From: an archaeon BMS3Bbin15
GTDB taxonomy: Archaea; Hydrothermarchaeota; Hydrothermarchaeia; Hydrothermarchaeales; BMS3B
Assembly (NCBI GenBank): GCA_002897955.1
Contig: BDTY01000099.1
Coordinates: 1 to 47,630, forward strand
Reading direction: 5' to 3'
Length of the DNA stretch: 47,630 bases
Part shown: piece after piece, positions 28,038 through 37,172 of the stretch
How positions within the stretch are numbered: the stretch's first letter is position 1
Layout of the letters: each line of letters starts with the position of its first letter
Made by a program: the position numbers and the translations under genes
Notes under the pieces: model-generated
Seen by the model: the letters and a program-made list of their open reading frames with translations, nothing else
Told to the model about the DNA's origin: nothing
The model's database searches: none

Positions 28038-28425
28038 GCCATTTTTAGATGTAATAAATTATACTGATGATAATTGGTTGCGATTTTGATTTTTATGACA
28101 TGATAGGGAAAAATTAAGAGAAGAATTAGTTCAAACTGGAGATTTAGATGAATACAAACAATTTATTAAATAATCTTTACAAGAAATGAGCAGAGTTCTA
28201 CGAAAAGAAAAATATTGTATTGTTGAGGTAGGTGATGTTCGACATAAGTCAAAGAAACTTTATCTTGATAGGGTTATTGTTGAGTTAGTTGGAGATATGG
28301 ATTTAAAAGTTGAAAAAATAATGATTAATTACATGAATGTTCCTAAAATATCAAGAGCATTTAGAAGAAAAGAAGAATAGCAAGGTACTAAAACTAATAG
28401 GTGTATTATCATGAAGAAAATTTAA
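28033..28425 (+). pseudogene. 3' half of a second DNA methyltransferase (SPPF motif), four internal stops
   Basis: Hand translation SPPFLDVINYTDDNWLRF*FL*HDREK...FIK*SLQEMSRVLRKEKYCIVEVGDV...EE*QGTKTNRCIIMKKI*; same frame as track ORF 28186-28380. Confidence 0.8.
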
Positions 28426-29231
28426 TTTTTAAAGTCTGATAATCTTACTTCTTGAAGGGTATTTTTTAGTCGTTGTTCAATAATTTTGTTGTAAACAGGA
28501 GAAAGTTCAAAACCAAGATATTTTCTTCTGTTTTTTTTAGCAGAAACTGCAACAGTTCCAGAACCCATAAATGGGTCAAAAACGACCTCATTTTTGTTTG
28601 AACTTGCTTTAACAAAAATATCAATTAACTTTACAGGTAATTGGCAAACATGCTCGGTTTTATCTTTGTTTACATTCTTCACAATATTCATCTCAATAAT
28701 GTCTTCACCATTATAATCAAACTTAAAAACGTCGTAAGGTGTTTTTCCTTTTGATCCTTTTTCAATTAATTTTTTAATTCGTTTATCAGTTGGATTTCTA
28801 TAAGGTTCTGCAATTGCATCTTTATTAAATGTGCAATCACTTTGCTTTTTTGCTTTAATATAAAATAAAATACTATGTTGTGTTCTTGTGAAATTATACT
28901 TAGAATGACCTGTATTTGTTGGATAATGCCATGTCATCCAACGCTTAAATAGAAGATGTTCATCCAAGAAAGGCATCAGATAAGCATTATTTTCTGGATA
29001 GTTAAAAAGATAAAGGCTACCTCCTAACTTCAATATTCTTATACATTCTGAAAGCCATTTCTTACACCATTCTATATATTCTTCTTTTGATTTTTTATCT
29101 TTATATGGGCTGTTATATTGTTTACCAATATTGAAAGGAGGATCTGTAATAATTAAGTCTACCGAGTTGTCAGGAATTCTTTTTTTCATTCCCTCTACAC
29201 AATCCTCATTGTAAATTTTGTTGGTTTCCAT
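28422..29231 (-). CDS. Beta-class N6-adenine/N4-cytosine DNA methyltransferase
   Basis: Motif IV ITDPPFN near the N-terminus; HVCQLP; motif I FDPFMGSGT and GFE near the C-terminus. Confidence 0.95.
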   Translation of the reverse strand: METNKIYNEDCVEGMKKRIPDNSVDLIITDPPFNIGKQYNSPYKDKKSKEEYIEWCKKWLSECIRILKLGGSLYLFNYPENNAYLMPFLDEHLLFKRWMTWHYPTNTGHSKYNFTRTQHSILFYIKAKKQSDCTFNKDAIAEPYRNPTDKRIKKLIEKGSKGKTPYDVFKFDYNGEDIIEMNIVKNVNKDKTEHVCQLPVKLIDIFVKASSNKNEVVFDPFMGSGTVAVSAKKNRRKYLGFELSPVYNKIIEQRLKNTLQEVRLSDFKN

Positions 29232-29232
29232 T

Positions 29233-29493
29233 TTACATCAGTTGAAGAACTTTTTTACCATCTTCGGTAATCTGATATAATCGTCCTCTTTTATCTTCTT
29301 CATTAAGACATCTTACAAGTTTATTGTCTTTAAATTCTTTGAGGAAAATCGAAACGTGATTAACGACGATTCCAGTTTCTTTTGATATTTCAGTGGGAGT
29401 TAAAACTTTTCCTCTGTCAAGTAATTTTAAGATATTTACTCTATTTTCACTTGTTTTGAGCAATTGAAGACCTTTTATCATAAGCTTATCCAT
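29233..29493 (-). CDS. Winged-helix transcriptional regulator (ArsR/MarR-like), putative R-M controller
   Basis: NRVNILKLL, TPTEISKETG...VSIFLKEF, KRGRLYQITEDG; 1 nt upstream of the MTase. Confidence 0.88.
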   Translation of the reverse strand: MDKLMIKGLQLLKTSENRVNILKLLDRGKVLTPTEISKETGIVVNHVSIFLKEFKDNKLVRCLNEEDKRGRLYQITEDGKKVLQLM

Positions 29494-29624
29494 GTAGTAT
29501 ATTAAACACTACTTCTTTTTACTGTTATTTACTACTTACACACAACTTATATATAAATCATTATGTGATAAACTGTATATAAACTGTGAAAAGCAGTATA
29601 ATAAATGATGATTATCTTTAATCA

Positions 29625-30287
29625 ATGCCTGAAGAGAACAAGATTGATACTGTTATTGAATTAAAAATTAAATCTCCAAAAAATATTTATCATGAGTTAG
29701 CTGTTGCATTAGAGCCATACAAAGAAAGGCCAACTTGTTCTGTGGAATTTATTGTTGAAGGTACAAAAGACCGACCAACAATTGGAATTAGATACCCAGG
29801 CCGTAAGGCGCTTAACAGAGTAAGAGCCGGAAGGATTAAGAAGGTAAGAGCAAACTCTGCAGAATGGGCAAATCTTTTTGATTTTTTAGTAATTCCATAT
29901 GTTAGTGGAAAAGAACTGACGCAAGGAGAATTTACATTTGAAAAGATTCTACGGGATTTTCAGGACAACAAAAGAAAAAGTGAAGAATTCTGGGAATTAA
30001 TAGAGGAACTCTATAAACATAACACCATTAGTAAAGAACCACCAAAATTGCCCGGTATTGATTCAAAATTATATTTGCTTGTTTTGAAATGGATATGGAT
30101 TCAGGAAGATTTTAATTACAAGTTGGGCTGGCAGGATGTTAATTCTCATATTCGTTATGTTTTGGAAACAAGAACAGGAACATCTACTTCAAAAGGCGCT
30201 GGAAGAGGAAAATTTTACGCAGCTCTAATTCTGTTAAAGCATAATTTCAATTTTGACGTAGTGAAAAAGATCATACCTCTCTATTAG
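29625..30287 (+). CDS. Hypothetical protein, candidate restriction enzyme
   Basis: 220-aa ORF divergent from regulator plus MTase in an AT-rich island; no motif recognised, so function is from context only. Confidence 0.6.
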   Translation: MPEENKIDTVIELKIKSPKNIYHELAVALEPYKERPTCSVEFIVEGTKDRPTIGIRYPGRKALNRVRAGRIKKVRANSAEWANLFDFLVIPYVSGKELTQGEFTFEKILRDFQDNKRKSEEFWELIEELYKHNTISKEPPKLPGIDSKLYLLVLKWIWIQEDFNYKLGWQDVNSHIRYVLETRTGTSTSKGAGRGKFYAALILLKHNFNFDVVKKIIPLY

Positions 30288-30370
30288 AATGACTTACAAA
30301 TTTTCACACTCATTATTAACTCTTTTAAAAGAGTAATGTGGATTTTGTAAGTGGTTGAGAATTGTATGAT

Positions 30371-30571
30371 TTAATAATCTAAAATGCTATATAGTTCTAT
30401 ATTGAAAGTAGTTAGGGATTTAGTATTCTTATCAGGCCCTATCAAGAAATCAATAAACTCTCTAACATCAAAAATAATGATTTCTAATTCAGTGAAATTT
30501 AATATAAAATCTCTAATAAATGAGTCATAGTCAGTCTTTTTTTTACAAAAGAGTTTCTTTAATATTTTCAA
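30371..30571 (-). CDS. Short AT-rich hypothetical ORF or gene fragment
   Basis: TTG start, 66 aa, no motif; may be a remnant. Confidence 0.25.
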   Translation of the reverse strand: MKILKKLFCKKKTDYDSFIRDFILNFTELEIIIFDVREFIDFLIGPDKNTKSLTTFNIELYSILDY

Positions 30572-30853
30572 GGAAATTAACTAAGTAAACTGAATTTGGG
30601 TTCGGGGCTGTTTCTGTATTATCTGCCAAACATGTCGCTTAGTTTTAAGTAGTGGTTTGCATATCACTTCATGAAGCTCAGTCACAGCGACATCGAGAAT
30701 ATTTGTTCTTAGAGTTGTCAGGTATGTGTCTGGCACTAAGTCTGTAGCTGGGCAATATGACATGATAGCCTCTTTAAAATCGAACGTGTTTATATATACT
30801 ATAGACGAAGAATATAGGATAAAATATCAAGAAAATTTCAGGAGGATTAAAAT

Positions 30854-31114
30854 ATGAAAGGAAGAATACTGGCCTTCAGGCAAAGCAGACGGGTGAGCAA
30901 TCCACGCTATGCGGTTGTGAAACCTTCAATTGAAGGAAACTACATTGGCAGGAAGGTAGTGTACACCACGCTGACAGGAAAAAAGATAGCCGGCAAGGTC
31001 AGAAAACACCACGGCAATGCACTGCTGGTATGCTTCTCCCGCGGGCTTCCTGGGCTGGCACTGGGGAGTGATGTGGAGTTCATACCGTCATCAAAAGCCG
31101 AAGAGAAATCTTAG
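30854..31114 (+). CDS. rpl35ae: 50S ribosomal protein L35Ae (eL33)
   Basis: MKGRILAFRQS, YIGRKVVY, GKKIAGKVRKHHG, FSRGLPGLALG; SD GGAGG. Confidence 0.9.
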   Translation: MKGRILAFRQSRRVSNPRYAVVKPSIEGNYIGRKVVYTTLTGKKIAGKVRKHHGNALLVCFSRGLPGLALGSDVEFIPSSKAEEKS

Positions 31115-31170
31115 GCTGACAGAAATTTTGAAAAGCCAGGAAATATGGCGCATTTTCCTCACACCAGAAC

Positions 31171-31956
31171 CTACTCCTCAGAAAGAGATGCAAAAGCTCT
31201 TAGAAACTCCTCCTCCATAAAGTGAAACTCTGCAGGGATTATAAGAGTGTGAGGTGGTCTGCCAAGGTCTTCTTCCAGCAATTTTCTGATACTGCCCGCT
31301 TTTAGTTTGAACTCAGGCGCTCCCGCCCTTGAAACAACCACAGCAATAGTTTCAGTATTAATAACCCCCTCCTTTTTTCTATCTTCAAGCTTCAGCAAAA
31401 TTTCAAGAGCTTCCTTTGCATGCATAAGATAGGTTCCGCTCTTCTCAACCTTAATATCAAGGAAGAGCATTGTATGAAGCCCCATCTTCATATTTGCCTT
31501 AACTGTAGTGTAAGGTGTTTCTGAAAAAAACCTTTCTTCAGGTCTTGCAATACTTGCACTCCTGCCAAATTTATAATTCTGCAGTCCTGCAAGAGAGGGT
31601 GCAGCGGAGTAAATCGAGGCGTTGTTCACAACTCTAACTTCAATTTCTGACTCTCTGGCATCAAGAAGGAGGTGTACGTGAGTTGTGGATATAAGAGCGT
31701 CACCAGCCACCAGCAGTGAAACCTTGCTCTTCTTTGCCCTCTCCAGTATTACTTTTTCTCCCTCCTCTTCAATATCGCTTCTTGAAAGCAGCCTAACCTT
31801 TCTGCCTATAATTTTCTCCAGCCTATCCAGATTCAAACCAGGCATAACTGATGTATAGAACTCAGCAAAAATATAGTCGCTGCTTCTCGCCTCTTCGAGG
31901 CCCATTAAAGTTATATCCTTCTCACTGTAAAGTCCCAGGCCAATAAGCACAAGCAT
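31171..31956 (-). CDS. dph5: Diphthine synthase
   Basis: LIGLGL, EFYTS, GDALISTTH, GLQNYKFGRS, GLHTMLFLDI, PPHTLIIP. Confidence 0.96.
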   Translation of the reverse strand: MLVLIGLGLYSEKDITLMGLEEARSSDYIFAEFYTSVMPGLNLDRLEKIIGRKVRLLSRSDIEEEGEKVILERAKKSKVSLLVAGDALISTTHVHLLLDARESEIEVRVVNNASIYSAAPSLAGLQNYKFGRSASIARPEERFFSETPYTTVKANMKMGLHTMLFLDIKVEKSGTYLMHAKEALEILLKLEDRKKEGVINTETIAVVVSRAGAPEFKLKAGSIRKLLEEDLGRPPHTLIIPAEFHFMEEEFLRAFASLSEE

Positions 31957-31988
31957 AATATTAATAGTTTTAATGCAATATAAAACTC

Positions 31989-32999
31989 ATGGCTCTTGCT
32001 GTTAAGATTGGAAAAGAGAAGGCAGAGGAAACAAGAAAGAAGCTTATTGAATCTAACCTCTTTGATTCAGAATATAAAATTCTGATTAATGGAAACTACG
32101 TACTTCTCCCAGTAATTGGAAAGCCTGAGGGCTTTGAGGTTGTTGATATTCCCCTTAAGAAGAGAAAAAAAAGAAAGAGCTTCCGGGACAGACTTGGTGA
32201 AATTCTAACAGAAAATGAGATTTCACAGGTTAGAACTTCATTTGACCTTATTGGTGATATTGCAGTAGTTGAAATTCCACCTGACCTGGAAAAAAAAGAA
32301 AAGGAAATAGCCAGGGCACTTTTAGACTCCGTAAAGGCTGTGAAGGCTGTTTTTAAGAAAGAAGGTTCGGTTTATGGCAGTGAGAGGATCAGAAAATTAA
32401 AATACCTTGCAGGAGAGCACAGGAGTGAGACGGTACATACTGAAAACGGAATAAAACTCAAGCTGGATATAAAAGAGGTTTACTTTTCACCGAGGTTGAG
32501 CTATGAAAGACTCAGAGTACTCAGCAGGGTGAATGACGGTGAGATTATAGTCGACCTTTTTGCAGGAATAGGCCCTTTTGCATTACTCATTGCGAAAAAC
32601 AGAAAAGTAAAGGTTTATGCAATGGACATAAATGCTAGGGCCATAGAGTATCTTAAAGAGAATGTTAAACTGAATAGACTCGAGGGAGAGGTTATTGTAA
32701 TTCATGGTGATGCTATGAAGGTTGCTCCACAGAGAGTAGCTGACAGGGTTATTATGAACCTTCCGAAGAAAAGTCACGAATTTTTACCCCTTGCTTTTGA
32801 CGTATTGAAAGAAAAGGGAGGGGTGATTCACTTCTACACAATTGCTCCTGAGGAGGAGCTTTTCGCACAAGGTGAGAGAATCATTAAGAGAACAGCAGAG
32901 GAAAAAGGAGTTATTGCTAGAATAGAGAATAGCAAGGTTGTTAGAAGCTACTCACCGGGAAATTACCATGTGGTATTTGATATCAGAGTTGTTTCATAA
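31989..32999 (+). CDS. trm5: tRNA (guanine37-N1)-methyltransferase Trm5/Tyw2 family
   Basis: FDLIGDIA, VYFSPRLSYER, DLFAGIGPF, DRVIMNLP. Confidence 0.88.
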   Translation: MALAVKIGKEKAEETRKKLIESNLFDSEYKILINGNYVLLPVIGKPEGFEVVDIPLKKRKKRKSFRDRLGEILTENEISQVRTSFDLIGDIAVVEIPPDLEKKEKEIARALLDSVKAVKAVFKKEGSVYGSERIRKLKYLAGEHRSETVHTENGIKLKLDIKEVYFSPRLSYERLRVLSRVNDGEIIVDLFAGIGPFALLIAKNRKVKVYAMDINARAIEYLKENVKLNRLEGEVIVIHGDAMKVAPQRVADRVIMNLPKKSHEFLPLAFDVLKEKGGVIHFYTIAPEEELFAQGERIIKRTAEEKGVIARIENSKVVRSYSPGNYHVVFDIRVVS

Positions 33000-33106
33000 G
33001 CTATATGCAGCGTTTGTAACCTGCTCGAATTTCTGACACTCTAAATCCAATCTTCTACCCATATCCCGGCACTAATTTTAAATATCATTGTATAGTTCTT
33101 AATCTA

Positions 33107-33814
33107 ATGAAACTTCTTGTAAGTCCCTACACTGTTGAAGAAGCAGGAGAAGTTCTTAAAGGCAGGGCTGATATTATAGACGTAAAGAACCCGAAGGAAG
33201 GCAGTCTTGGCGCCAACTTTCCCTGGGTTATCAGAGACATAGTCTCCATTGCAGAAGGCAAAGCAGAGACCAGCGCCACTATGGGAGACCTTAAATTCAA
33301 ACCAGGGCAGGCATCTCAGGCAGCATTCGGTCTCTCTCTGCTTGGTATTGACTACATAAAGGCAGGGCTTGCTTTCACTGGCATGGAAAGGGCTGAAGAA
33401 ATGGCCAGAAGTATAGTGAAGGCTGTTGAAGGGAGAACAAAGGTTATAATTGCAGGCTATGCTGATTATGCACTTATTAAAACACTTTCTCCTCTCGAAC
33501 TTCCCGCTATCGCAGAGAAGGCAGGTGCTCATGGCGTTATGATTGACACTTTTACCAAGAAAGGGAGAGGACTATTTGACTTTATGAGTGAAGAGGAACT
33601 CTCAGTTTTTATTGAGGAGGCACACAGCAAAAATCTTGAGGTTGCTCTTGCCGGGTCTCTGAAGGAGGAGCAGATTTTAAGAGTTAAAAAGCTTGGAGCA
33701 GATATAGCCGGTGTCAGGGGAGCAGTATGCTCTGGAGGGGATAGGGTTAACGGTAAAATTTCTATAGAAAGAGTTAAGGAGCTGAAAAAGATATGCAGTG
33801 CCAAAAGCCTGTAA
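33107..33814 (+). CDS. mfnB: (5-formylfuran-3-yl)methyl phosphate synthase (methanofuran biosynthesis)
   Basis: LLVSP, ADIIDVKNPKEGSLGANFPWVI, SATMGD, YIKAG, MIDT, ALAGS, GVRGAVC. Confidence 0.93.
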   Translation: MKLLVSPYTVEEAGEVLKGRADIIDVKNPKEGSLGANFPWVIRDIVSIAEGKAETSATMGDLKFKPGQASQAAFGLSLLGIDYIKAGLAFTGMERAEEMARSIVKAVEGRTKVIIAGYADYALIKTLSPLELPAIAEKAGAHGVMIDTFTKKGRGLFDFMSEEELSVFIEEAHSKNLEVALAGSLKEEQILRVKKLGADIAGVRGAVCSGGDRVNGKISIERVKELKKICSAKSL

Positions 33815-33885
33815 ACTACAGAATAAAATAACTTTGCAGATATAAAATTGAAAAAATAGAAATAAAAGAGTTAGAAGTAGGCTTT

Positions 33886-34074
33886 TTAGCAGGAATCGTG
33901 AGAAATTGCACTCTGAGGGCAACCCTCAATACATGCACAACACTCTATGCAATCGTCCATATTGACTGCTTCACTCTTATTGTCATCGTTGAGTTCATAT
34001 ACACCAGCGGGACATACGTCCACACAGCTTCCGCATCCGATACATGCATCTAAATCAATCTTTATAGAAACCAT
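33886..34074 (-). CDS. 2x[4Fe-4S] ferredoxin
   Basis: CIGCGSCVDVCP and CIECCACIEGCP; SD AGGAGG. Confidence 0.95.
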   Translation of the reverse strand: MVSIKIDLDACIGCGSCVDVCPAGVYELNDDNKSEAVNMDDCIECCACIEGCPQSAISHDSC

Positions 34075-34174
34075 ATACTTGGACCTCCTTTTGCAATAAT
34101 CGATTATAAGAATAACAAAAGAAAATAATTATTGAAGAGTTAGATTTAATAAGATGTGGGAGAATTAAAAATTA

Positions 34175-34807
34175 ATGACTCTCAAGCTCGACCTTCACAT
34201 TCACTCAGGATACTCCAAGGACTCGCGAATGGAAGTGAAAAGAATAATAGAGATTGCAAAGAGCAGAGGTTTGAGCGGTATAGCAATAACAGACCACAAC
34301 TCTGCTGAAGGTGGATTTCATGGCAGGAAAATTGCCGGAGATGATTTTACAGTTATACCGGGTGAAGAGGTTCTTACCAGCAGAGGCGAAGTTCTGTGTC
34401 TATTCCTCAATGATGAGGTCAAAACAAGAGAATTCTACGAGGTTGTGGATGAGGTGCATTCCCAGGACGGGCTATGTATAGCCCCCCACCCCTTTGACTT
34501 ATTCAGAATCAACAGATTAAAGGGTATCGAGAAACTCTACAAAAATCTTGATGGGATTGAGGTTTTCAATGCCAGATGTGCCTTTGAGAGCTGCAACATA
34601 AAAGCACTGGAATTTGCTCTGAAAAAGAAAATGCTTATGACAGCAGGAAGTGATGCCCACAACTACGGCGAGATAGGTTCGGCCGGAGTTGCTGTTAAGG
34701 ATATAGAGGATATAAGGAAGGGTAAAACTGAGATTTTCGGGAGCGCCTCAGGATTTTTCCAGTTAATAAAAACAAAAATTTATAAGAGTTTTGGTATAGA
34801 GGTTTAA
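34175..34807 (+). CDS. PHP-domain metal-dependent phosphoesterase
   Basis: DLHIHS, AITDHN, APHPF, GSDAH. Confidence 0.92.
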   Translation: MTLKLDLHIHSGYSKDSRMEVKRIIEIAKSRGLSGIAITDHNSAEGGFHGRKIAGDDFTVIPGEEVLTSRGEVLCLFLNDEVKTREFYEVVDEVHSQDGLCIAPHPFDLFRINRLKGIEKLYKNLDGIEVFNARCAFESCNIKALEFALKKKMLMTAGSDAHNYGEIGSAGVAVKDIEDIRKGKTEIFGSASGFFQLIKTKIYKSFGIEV

Positions 34808-34809
34808 TC

Positions 34810-35487
34810 ATGTCAGAGGAGGAAAAAAAACTTGCTGGAATCGAAGCTGCCAGAGAGGTTGAGGAAGGAGGCTATATTGGTCTGGGAACTGGTTCGACTG
34901 TAAGGTATGCTGTAGAGGAGCTGGGCCGAAGGGTCAGAGAGAACGGCCTTGAGATTAAGTGTATACCAACTTCTGCTGATACAAGGATTCTTGCAATTAA
35001 AAATAAAATTCCTCTCACAACCTTCGAGGAGGTTCATGAGCTTGATATAGCTATAGATGGTGCGGACCAGATTTCGAGTGACTACGCATTGATAAAGGGC
35101 GGCGGCGCAGCTCTCTTCAGGGAGAAGGTTGTTGCTTCAAATTCAAAGAGATTTATTGTTGTTGTTGACAAATCAAAACTATCAGAGTCTCTCGATATTG
35201 CCGTTCCGGTGGAAGTTCTGCCATTCGCCTGGGCTGTCGTTTCTGAAAGGCTTGAAACTCTGGAATGTAAAAAATCTAAATTAAGGTGTGCAACAGGGAA
35301 ATCAGGGCCTCTGCTCACAGATAATGGTAACTATATTCTTGATGCCAGCTTTGGAAGAATTGAATATCCACAGAAGCTTGAGGAGGAGATTAATGATATT
35401 GTCGGAGTTGTGGAAAATGGAATATTCTGTGGCATGGCTTCAAAGATTATAGTGGGTAGAGACGGCAGGATTGAGGTGCTGCAGTGA
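34810..35487 (+). CDS. rpiA: Ribose-5-phosphate isomerase A
   Basis: GLGTGST, DGADQ, KGGGAALFREK, TDNGN, GVVENGIF. Confidence 0.96.
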   Translation: MSEEEKKLAGIEAAREVEEGGYIGLGTGSTVRYAVEELGRRVRENGLEIKCIPTSADTRILAIKNKIPLTTFEEVHELDIAIDGADQISSDYALIKGGGAALFREKVVASNSKRFIVVVDKSKLSESLDIAVPVEVLPFAWAVVSERLETLECKKSKLRCATGKSGPLLTDNGNYILDASFGRIEYPQKLEEEINDIVGVVENGIFCGMASKIIVGRDGRIEVLQ

Positions 35488-36515
35488 TTAACAGGGTTCT
35501 TCAGGCTCTTCAGGAACCAGAGAGTTATGATGAGGATGTAAAGGAGATAAAACTAATCCAGACACATATCTCATTTGTGTTCCTCACAGGAGACTATGTA
35601 TATAAAATTAAAAAGCCTGTGAATTTTGGATTTCTTGACTTTACATCTCTTGAAAAAAGGAAGTTTTACTGCGAGGAGGAGATGAGGGTTAATAAAGCTA
35701 TTGCCGGAGAGATATATCTCGGGGTTATGCCTATTGTCGAGACTTCCGAAGGCAGGATAAAGGTTAATGACACGGGCAGGGTTGTTGAGTATGCTGTCAA
35801 AATGATTCAGCTTCCTCAGTCTGCAATAATGAGCAATCTTCTGAAGGAAAATAACGTATATAAAAAAGATGTTGTTGAGATAGCAAAACTGGTGGCTGAC
35901 TTTCACTCAACAGCTAACAGAGGCGAGGAGATTAGTAAATATGGCAGTTATGAACAGATTATGGCAAACTGGACTCAGAATTTTGAGCAGACGGAGAATC
36001 TTACTGGAGAGTATCTGGATAAAGAAAAATATCTGGAGCTTAAGGACAGAGTTATAAATTTCATGGATAGCAACAGAGAACTTTTTGAAAGAAGGGTCAG
36101 AGAGGGTAAAATAAGGGAATGTCACGGTGACCTTCACAGCGGTAATATCTTTATTGTGAGAAGGCCAGGAAAGCTCTATAAACCTGGAATTTACATCTTT
36201 GATGCCATAGAGTTTTTCAAAGGCTTTAGCTGCAGTGATATTCTTGCAGATATCGCCTTTTTATCAATGGACCTTGAATTTAATGGCAGAGATTATCTTG
36301 ATAAATCCTTTGTTGATGCATATTTTAAGTTTTCTGATGAGGAAAAGCTGGAGAACCTTCTGGATTTCTATAAGTGTTACAGGGCCTTTGTGAGAATGAA
36401 AGTCACAGGCTTTATGCTCTTTGACGAGAATGTCGACGAAGAGGAGAAGATAAAAATAAGAGGGCTGGTTAAGAAGTATTTCGAGCTGGCAGGGAAGTAT
36501 GCTACTCTGCTATGA
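35484..36515 (+). CDS. Aminoglycoside-phosphotransferase-like kinase-fold protein (COG2187)
   Basis: QTHISFVFL, YKIKKPVNFGFLDF, RECHGDLHSGNI, FDAIEF, DIAFLSMDL, YKCYRAFVR. Confidence 0.88.
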   Translation: MINRVLQALQEPESYDEDVKEIKLIQTHISFVFLTGDYVYKIKKPVNFGFLDFTSLEKRKFYCEEEMRVNKAIAGEIYLGVMPIVETSEGRIKVNDTGRVVEYAVKMIQLPQSAIMSNLLKENNVYKKDVVEIAKLVADFHSTANRGEEISKYGSYEQIMANWTQNFEQTENLTGEYLDKEKYLELKDRVINFMDSNRELFERRVREGKIRECHGDLHSGNIFIVRRPGKLYKPGIYIFDAIEFFKGFSCSDILADIAFLSMDLEFNGRDYLDKSFVDAYFKFSDEEKLENLLDFYKCYRAFVRMKVTGFMLFDENVDEEEKIKIRGLVKKYFELAGKYATLL

Positions 36516-36535
36516 AATGTGTATCTTTCTATAAT

Positions 36536-37033
36536 TTAATAAGGAATTCTTTTCATAATTTCTCTGATATTTTCTCTGACACTTCCTGAGGTATCCAGCA
36601 CTACATGGGCCCTTCGAATCGGTTCGAACTCTTTTTCAATCTTTTTGTAAACCTCAAAGTCAGCATCGCTCAGAGAGTTTCTCATTTTCCTTCTCTCCAT
36701 CCTCTCACGTATTACAGCCTCAGGGGCAGAACATTCAATCACAAAAACCTTTGTTCCTGTATTTCTTCCGACTTCATAAACCTTTTGCCTCAAATCCCTC
36801 TTATAAAAGGTTCCATCCAGAATAACAGTCATCCCTCCCTTTGCAAGATATTCTGCAATTAAAAAGGTAACCTTATAAACCAGAAGCTTCTCTTCATTAC
36901 TATAGGTCGGATTATCAAAAAGCTGCTTTCTGATTAAATCGGTTCTAAGCACTGTAGCTTTGAACTTTTTTGCCAGGGTCGTCGCTATAGTGCTCTTCCC
37001 TGAGGCAGGCAAACCTGCGATTAAAATCATCAT
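36536..37033 (-). CDS. P-loop kinase (AAA_33 / COG0645)
   Basis: GLPASGKST Walker A, DLIRK, VILDGTF, SDAD. Confidence 0.9.
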   Translation of the reverse strand: MMILIAGLPASGKSTIATTLAKKFKATVLRTDLIRKQLFDNPTYSNEEKLLVYKVTFLIAEYLAKGGMTVILDGTFYKRDLRQKVYEVGRNTGTKVFVIECSAPEAVIRERMERRKMRNSLSDADFEVYKKIEKEFEPIRRAHVVLDTSGSVRENIREIMKRIPY

Positions 37034-37172
37034 AATATTAACTCAGCCTTAAAATATTAATAGCTTATCCTCCAGTAATTTTCACCTTCTATGAATTATA
37101 ACTTCTATGCGCTCTGCCTCGCTGAGAATAATATCGGAAAACTTAAAATAATAGCATGGAGCAGTTATACCT

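Noticed and set aside
30319..30334. Perfect 16-bp palindrome ACTCTTTTAAAAGAGT after the candidate restriction gene
   Set aside because: AT-rich; plausibly a terminator element between convergent ORFs, not informative alone
30581..30763. 60-aa minus-strand ORF with a GAGG upstream
   Set aside because: No recognisable features; cannot be supported as a gene
27432..30853. Direct repeats or att sites flanking the R-M island
   Set aside because: Compared both borders by eye and found no shared segment; no integrase present
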